From positions 1 through 10,809 of the forward strand of contig CAZECW010000143.1 of NCBI GenBank assembly GCA_964510585.1: a stretch of 10,809 nucleotides of DNA. Reading direction: 5' to 3'. The notes beneath the pieces are model-generated. The model was not told where the DNA came from. It did not search any database and was given only the letters and a program-made list of their open reading frames with translations. Shown piece by piece: positions 6,743 through 10,809 of this stretch (positions are counted from its first letter, which is position 1; each line of letters starts with the position of its first letter). Position numbers and translations under genes: made by a program. The DNA is from an uncultured archaeon (GTDB taxonomy: Archaea; Asgardarchaeota; Jordiarchaeia; Jordiarchaeales; Jordiarchaeaceae).

Positions 6743-7549
6743 GTGGAAATCTTACTTAAGAAGAGAATAACCGAGAAGGATTTACAGGCCGTTTACGCTC
6801 ATGAGGTAGAAGAATTATTCAGTGATAAAAGAACTTGGAATTGTTACAGGTATCAAGAAAGATTCTCGAAGGTGATTGAACTTGTTCAAAGCTGTGTTCC
6901 CAAGAAGAGCAAAATAATTGACGTTGGCACCTGTCAAGGGAACTTCGCTGTACGTTTAGCCAACGAAGGGTACATTACAGTGGGACTTGATTTCGAACCC
7001 AACTTCTTGAAGTATGCACAATGGAAAATGAAAAGGGAAAAGACAGGAGTTATGGTAAACGTTAACTTAGTTGGAACCGCTTCAAACCTGCCAGTACTAT
7101 CTGGGTCATTTGATAGTGTTCTCTTCTTGGAAACCATTGAGCATTTAAGGGAACCAGAGAAAGCTCTCCACGAAATAAGGCGCATCCTGCGGGAAAATGG
7201 CCTCCTAATTCTATCAACGGTTAAGGGGTACGGGTTTATTCCCAACAGCCAATCCTTGAAGGAATTCCGAAATAAAGGCCATAAGAAAGAAATTTCTGGG
7301 GATGCCCATTTTGGCGAAGAGCATCTATTTGAACCAAAAGAGGAGGAACTCGTCAATTTACTCTCCTCATGCGGTTTTGAAGTTTTAAAACTTGAAACTA
7401 TAGCCCCCCCTCATACTATACCCCATACTGTCTATAAGAATTTTAAACTTTCCCAACTTTCTAATCAATCTATTAGTAAAGGTGTTCACAAAGTTGAAAT
7501 TATTTTGCAGAGGCATCATAATAGTCGCAAAGAAGAAACATTCTATTAA
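6743..7549 (+). CDS. Class I SAM-dependent methyltransferase (Methyltransf_11-like); probably frameshifted at 7404-7410, with the true end likely at 7553
   Basis: Motif I IIDVGTCQG, acidic VGLD, and FDSVLFLETIEHLREP. The tail after the C7 tract looks non-native in the annotated frame (see findings). Confidence 0.85.
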   Translation: MEILLKKRITEKDLQAVYAHEVEELFSDKRTWNCYRYQERFSKVIELVQSCVPKKSKIIDVGTCQGNFAVRLANEGYITVGLDFEPNFLKYAQWKMKREKTGVMVNVNLVGTASNLPVLSGSFDSVLFLETIEHLREPEKALHEIRRILRENGLLILSTVKGYGFIPNSQSLKEFRNKGHKKEISGDAHFGEEHLFEPKEEELVNLLSSCGFEVLKLETIAPPHTIPHTVYKNFKLSQLSNQSISKGVHKVEIILQRHHNSRKEETFY

Positions 7550-7985
7550 CTAAGTATCACAACAGTGAATAATACACGTAAAAAAAGTCTCACAAGAAAT
7601 ATAAGAGAATTGGGAATAATTTTAATTCTATCTGGATGAGTCTTAAAAAGGAGAAGACCATAAAAGGGGATAAACCTCTTCACCCAATTCAAGTGCAAAA
7701 GAGACCTTTTTTAATGCCCTTAGCAAATTCATATACGCTGGAAGCATCTCAGATAAAGTTTTCCATACTAAAGTCGTGTACGCTTACATTTTTGACGGAA
7801 CGCGAAAATGTTTTTCACATCAAGAATCAAACGTTTTTATGGGAATTCAAAAATCTCTCCAAAATAGGACAATTCTACTTCACCTATCTTACTGTCTCGT
7901 AGAGAAAAATTGAAATAGATTTTTGAGAATGATTAACGTCAAGATTGTGTTAGTTTGTTTTGTCTGTGTGTTAGTGGTGAAATAA

Positions 7986-9071
7986 ATGAGCCTGTGTATT
8001 GTTACCGATCCCCTCATTAATGATTTCGGTCCCTCCCGTCCTGCGATACTCATTGCTAGGGAGCTAAGCAAGAAGTACAGGGTGAAAATACTTTCTACAT
8101 ATATATCGGAGGATATCTTGGATAAGTTGGAGTCCTTTGGTATTTTTCCTCTTAGCCTTGGTGTAAAACTTCATTTTAGTGATTCTTCTCTTGCATGGGT
8201 AGAGGCTTGGATGAGGGAGGCTTTTTTTTCGGCGAACCGCAAAAAAATAAGGTTTGATGATGGGGATTTAGTTCTAAATTTTTCAAACACAATTATTATC
8301 CCTTCTAGGGCTTGGTTTGTGTTGGGTCTAACCACATACGCTCTCGACCACATTAAGGACGAGCTACCCTGGTACTACAAGATCATTTACAAGATTGGTA
8401 GGCCCTTGATCCTCTACGGAGATAAGAGAATCGTTAGGAGAGGCTCAAAGTTATCTGGAGTTATTGTTGCGACCTCCAAGTACTGTGCTGATATTTATGG
8501 GAAGTTTGGTGTAAAAATTGACAGAATAATCTATGTTCCCATCGATTGCGAAAAATTCAAGCCCAGGCCAAACACCTCCTATGAGAGTTATGTTTTAACA
8601 TACTTCGGAAAGGAAACAAAGTTCTCAACCATCAAAAACTTGGCCGATGCAGATATAAAGATAAAGGCTTTTGGAAGTAAACTCTCCTACGTCCCAAAGG
8701 AGTTACGCAACCACAGAAACATTGAACTACTTGGCCGGGTTTCAGATGAAGAGCTAATAGAACTGTACTCCAGCGCCCTATACACGGTATTTCCGTTCAC
8801 AAACGAAGAGTTTGGATACATACCCGTGGAGAGCATGGCATGTGGCACTCCCGTTCTAACCTTCGCATATCAGGGTCCAGGCGAAACCGTAATCAATGGA
8901 AAAACTGGCTGGTTAGTGAAAAACGACGAAGAAATGATAAAAACCGCCAAGAAAATCTGGATGAAAGGATATCCGGAACAAATGCGGCGTGATTGTAGAT
9001 CAAGAGCCTTCGAATTCGATGTAAAAAACATTGCAAAACAATGGCTAAACCTGCTGGAAACAATCCACTAG
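7986..9071 (+). CDS. Glycosyltransferase family 4 (GT-B fold)
   Basis: The C-terminal EEFGYIPVESMACGTPV motif (E-x7-E), ELLGRVSDEELIELYSSA and ETVINGKTGWLV are all typical of GT4. GGTGA SD at 7976-7980. Confidence 0.93.
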   Translation: MSLCIVTDPLINDFGPSRPAILIARELSKKYRVKILSTYISEDILDKLESFGIFPLSLGVKLHFSDSSLAWVEAWMREAFFSANRKKIRFDDGDLVLNFSNTIIIPSRAWFVLGLTTYALDHIKDELPWYYKIIYKIGRPLILYGDKRIVRRGSKLSGVIVATSKYCADIYGKFGVKIDRIIYVPIDCEKFKPRPNTSYESYVLTYFGKETKFSTIKNLADADIKIKAFGSKLSYVPKELRNHRNIELLGRVSDEELIELYSSALYTVFPFTNEEFGYIPVESMACGTPVLTFAYQGPGETVINGKTGWLVKNDEEMIKTAKKIWMKGYPEQMRRDCRSRAFEFDVKNIAKQWLNLLETIH

Positions 9072-9431
9072 GAACATCACCTAGTACCCAAGCCCCTGTA
9101 TTCCTCCTACGCCTAAAAACAAAGTTCACTAATCACTAAGATCCCGTCTAAAATAATGTGGGTTTCTATTTTCACTTTTGAATTAGAAAGTCATAATCAA
9201 GCCTCAAGCTATTTGACAAAACCACTGTTGGAGGATAGAAAATTTTGACTAAAGTGTACCCTTTTCGATATAAGCATTATCCCACCAATCGCGATAACTA
9301 AACCATACTTTACCAAAAAGTTGGCGGTTCGTCTCCCGCGAGTTGTTCGGTGTCATTAAGCTCAAATTCTTGTATTGGGTGTGTGGATTCGCTGGGTTCT
9401 TTACCCCTCATTTTTTGCCCATTCTAAATTT

Positions 9432-9459
9432 AAAAGAAGCTCTATTAAACGCTTCTTTT
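9432..9459. terminator. Perfect 9-bp inverted repeat (AAAAGAAGC-N10-GCTTCTTTT); possible bidirectional terminator or operator
   Basis: Directly visible. It lies near the middle of the gap between the convergent GT4 and dehydratase genes. Function is inferred. Confidence 0.4.
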
Positions 9460-9840
9460 GGAGGCGGAGCCCAACAATAATATGTCACTCTAATGCCTTA
9501 ATTTAATGCCGTTGGACGTGGTATTTCTCGCCAAATTTTTGTAAACAACCCTGTAACTTAAAGTATTACATCCATATGTTCAAGCCGCACTCCTATATTT
9601 GTGGGGGTTCCTTTTTTGCGGCCGGACTCCTTGAAAAATTCTCCCAATTTTTAGAACAAATATGTATAAAAATGAGGGTTTGGGGAACGAAGAAGCGGGA
9701 GCCAGAACAGGATCACATCACAAACCAGCAAATAGGGGCTTTGTTTGAATATATGGATTACATTAAAGCGATTTTTAAAAATATGTCCGTATCAATTGGA
9801 AAAGGTAAAAACCGAGGTTAGTTGGTTTCCAAATTATGTG

Positions 9841-10797
9841 CTAGGATAACTTCTGCCTCCAGTAATCAATTGTCTTCTCCAAACCTTCCTCTAAGGTGTA
9901 CTCTGGCTCCCAACCTAACGTATTCTTCGCCTTCGAATAGTCTCCAATTAGTTCCATTATGTCAAGGGGTCTCGCTGGAATAGTGTTCCACTCTATCTCT
10001 CCCCTAAATCCTATGATTTCGGCGATTAGCCCAACCAACTGTTCTATGGATACTCCGCGGCCCGTGCAGAAATTAAATATCTTCCCAATTGCTTCCTCGT
10101 TTCTCACACAAGTTAAATAAGCGTTCACATGGTCGTCGATGTACAGAAAATCCCTAATAGGTCTGGGGTCACCAAGACGAGTGACCTCATTCTTAAGCAT
10201 TTGCGTAATTGTTCTCTCAACAATGAAATGTGTGTTGTCCTTCCGCCCATAGGTATTAAACGGACGGAGTATAGTTACTGGAAAATCGTAGGCGTCACGC
10301 ATGTAGAGTAGGTACTTTTCGCATGCAACCTTGCTGACGGAGTAGGGACTGTTTGGTTTCTGCACACTATCCTCTTTGATGGGAACAGGCACATTGCCAT
10401 AGGTTTCCGATGTAGAGGCAAACAAAAAGTGTTCGAAGTAAGGCACCTCATGAAGACAGGCTTCAGCCAAGTTCACTGTTCCCAAGAAATTGGTCTCAAT
10501 CACCTCGTGCGGGTGATTGTAACTATATGCAACAGGGCTCAGTGCAGCTAGATGAACAACAACGCTAGGTTGAATCTCACGAATAGCCTTCCTAACCTCA
10601 AAGTACTGCTTCAAGTCACCATATACTGTCTTCACCCTCTTCTTATCCCCAAGAACGTAACGCCCAGTTACATACCGCTCAAAGGAATAAACATCAAACC
10701 TATCAATAAGTTTCGGTATCAAGTGGGATCCGATAAAACCTGTAGCTCCCGTCACTAAAACCTTCACATTCTTATCCGACAAGTCCTTCAACCTCAT
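9841..10797 (-). CDS. Extended-SDR NAD-dependent NDP-sugar 4,6-dehydratase/epimerase (LegB/GMD-like)
   Basis: GATGFIG, HLAALS, ASTSETYG, YSVSK (YxxxK), RPFNTYG and RDFLYIDD motifs. GAGG SD lies upstream at the window edge. Confidence 0.92.
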   Translation of the reverse strand: MRLKDLSDKNVKVLVTGATGFIGSHLIPKLIDRFDVYSFERYVTGRYVLGDKKRVKTVYGDLKQYFEVRKAIREIQPSVVVHLAALSPVAYSYNHPHEVIETNFLGTVNLAEACLHEVPYFEHFLFASTSETYGNVPVPIKEDSVQKPNSPYSVSKVACEKYLLYMRDAYDFPVTILRPFNTYGRKDNTHFIVERTITQMLKNEVTRLGDPRPIRDFLYIDDHVNAYLTCVRNEEAIGKIFNFCTGRGVSIEQLVGLIAEIIGFRGEIEWNTIPARPLDIMELIGDYSKAKNTLGWEPEYTLEEGLEKTIDYWRQKLS

Positions 10798-10809
10798 CTG
10801 AATGCCTCA

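Noticed and set aside
7636-7902. 88-aa plus-strand ORF in the MTase-GT4 gap
   Set aside because: It has no clear SD and no recognisable motif; it cannot be supported, though it is not strictly excluded.
7690-7910. Minus-strand fragments (KIGEVELSY..., SVYEFAKGIKK) faintly like a GT2/DPM-synthase C-terminus
   Set aside because: The fragments lie in different frames with many stops, and the similarity is too short to distinguish from chance without a search.
9576-9821. 81-aa plus-strand ORF
   Set aside because: It has no SD and no domain signature. Left unannotated.
5365-10758. ORFs 5365-5550, 6934-7356, 7889-8071, 8171-8353, 8893-9129, 10129-10311 and 10552-10758
   Set aside because: They overlap well-supported genes on the opposite strand and show no independent motifs.

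Overview
Archaeal chromosomal window, inferred from an AbrB-PhoU fusion, a stand-alone MJ1316/DUF504 domain, GGTGA/GAGGTG ribosome-binding sites and TATA-like boxes; the lineage cannot be fixed from sequence alone. The left half is compact and holds: an amidohydrolase_2 gene running off the left edge (1-810, minus; missed by the ORF track); a divergent ~9-10-TM protein of unknown function; and a co-oriented minus-strand block of AbrB-PhoU regulator, PAP2-like phosphatase, single-TOBE Mop, ModE-like regulator, Zn-ribbon/MJ1316 fusion and a small basic half-ferritin-like protein with a (PK)6 repeat. The right half is a loosely packed surface-glycan region with a SAM methyltransferase, a GT4 glycosyltransferase and a LegB-like NDP-sugar 4,6-dehydratase, separated by three 430-770 bp gaps. 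The best leads are: (i) an apparent +1 frameshift at a C7 tract in the methyltransferase, whose native-looking C-terminus lies in another frame; (ii) a 'split ModE', in which the ModE and Mop TOBE domains keep complementary halves of the oxyanion-binding motifs and are joined by an ATGA overlap on an A5 run; (iii) the half-ferritin with a substituted bridging Glu and Lys-rich tails; (iv) the Zn-ribbon/MJ1316 fusion. I found no CRISPR array, tRNA, rRNA or mobile element, and no clearly complete new system can be claimed from this window alone.
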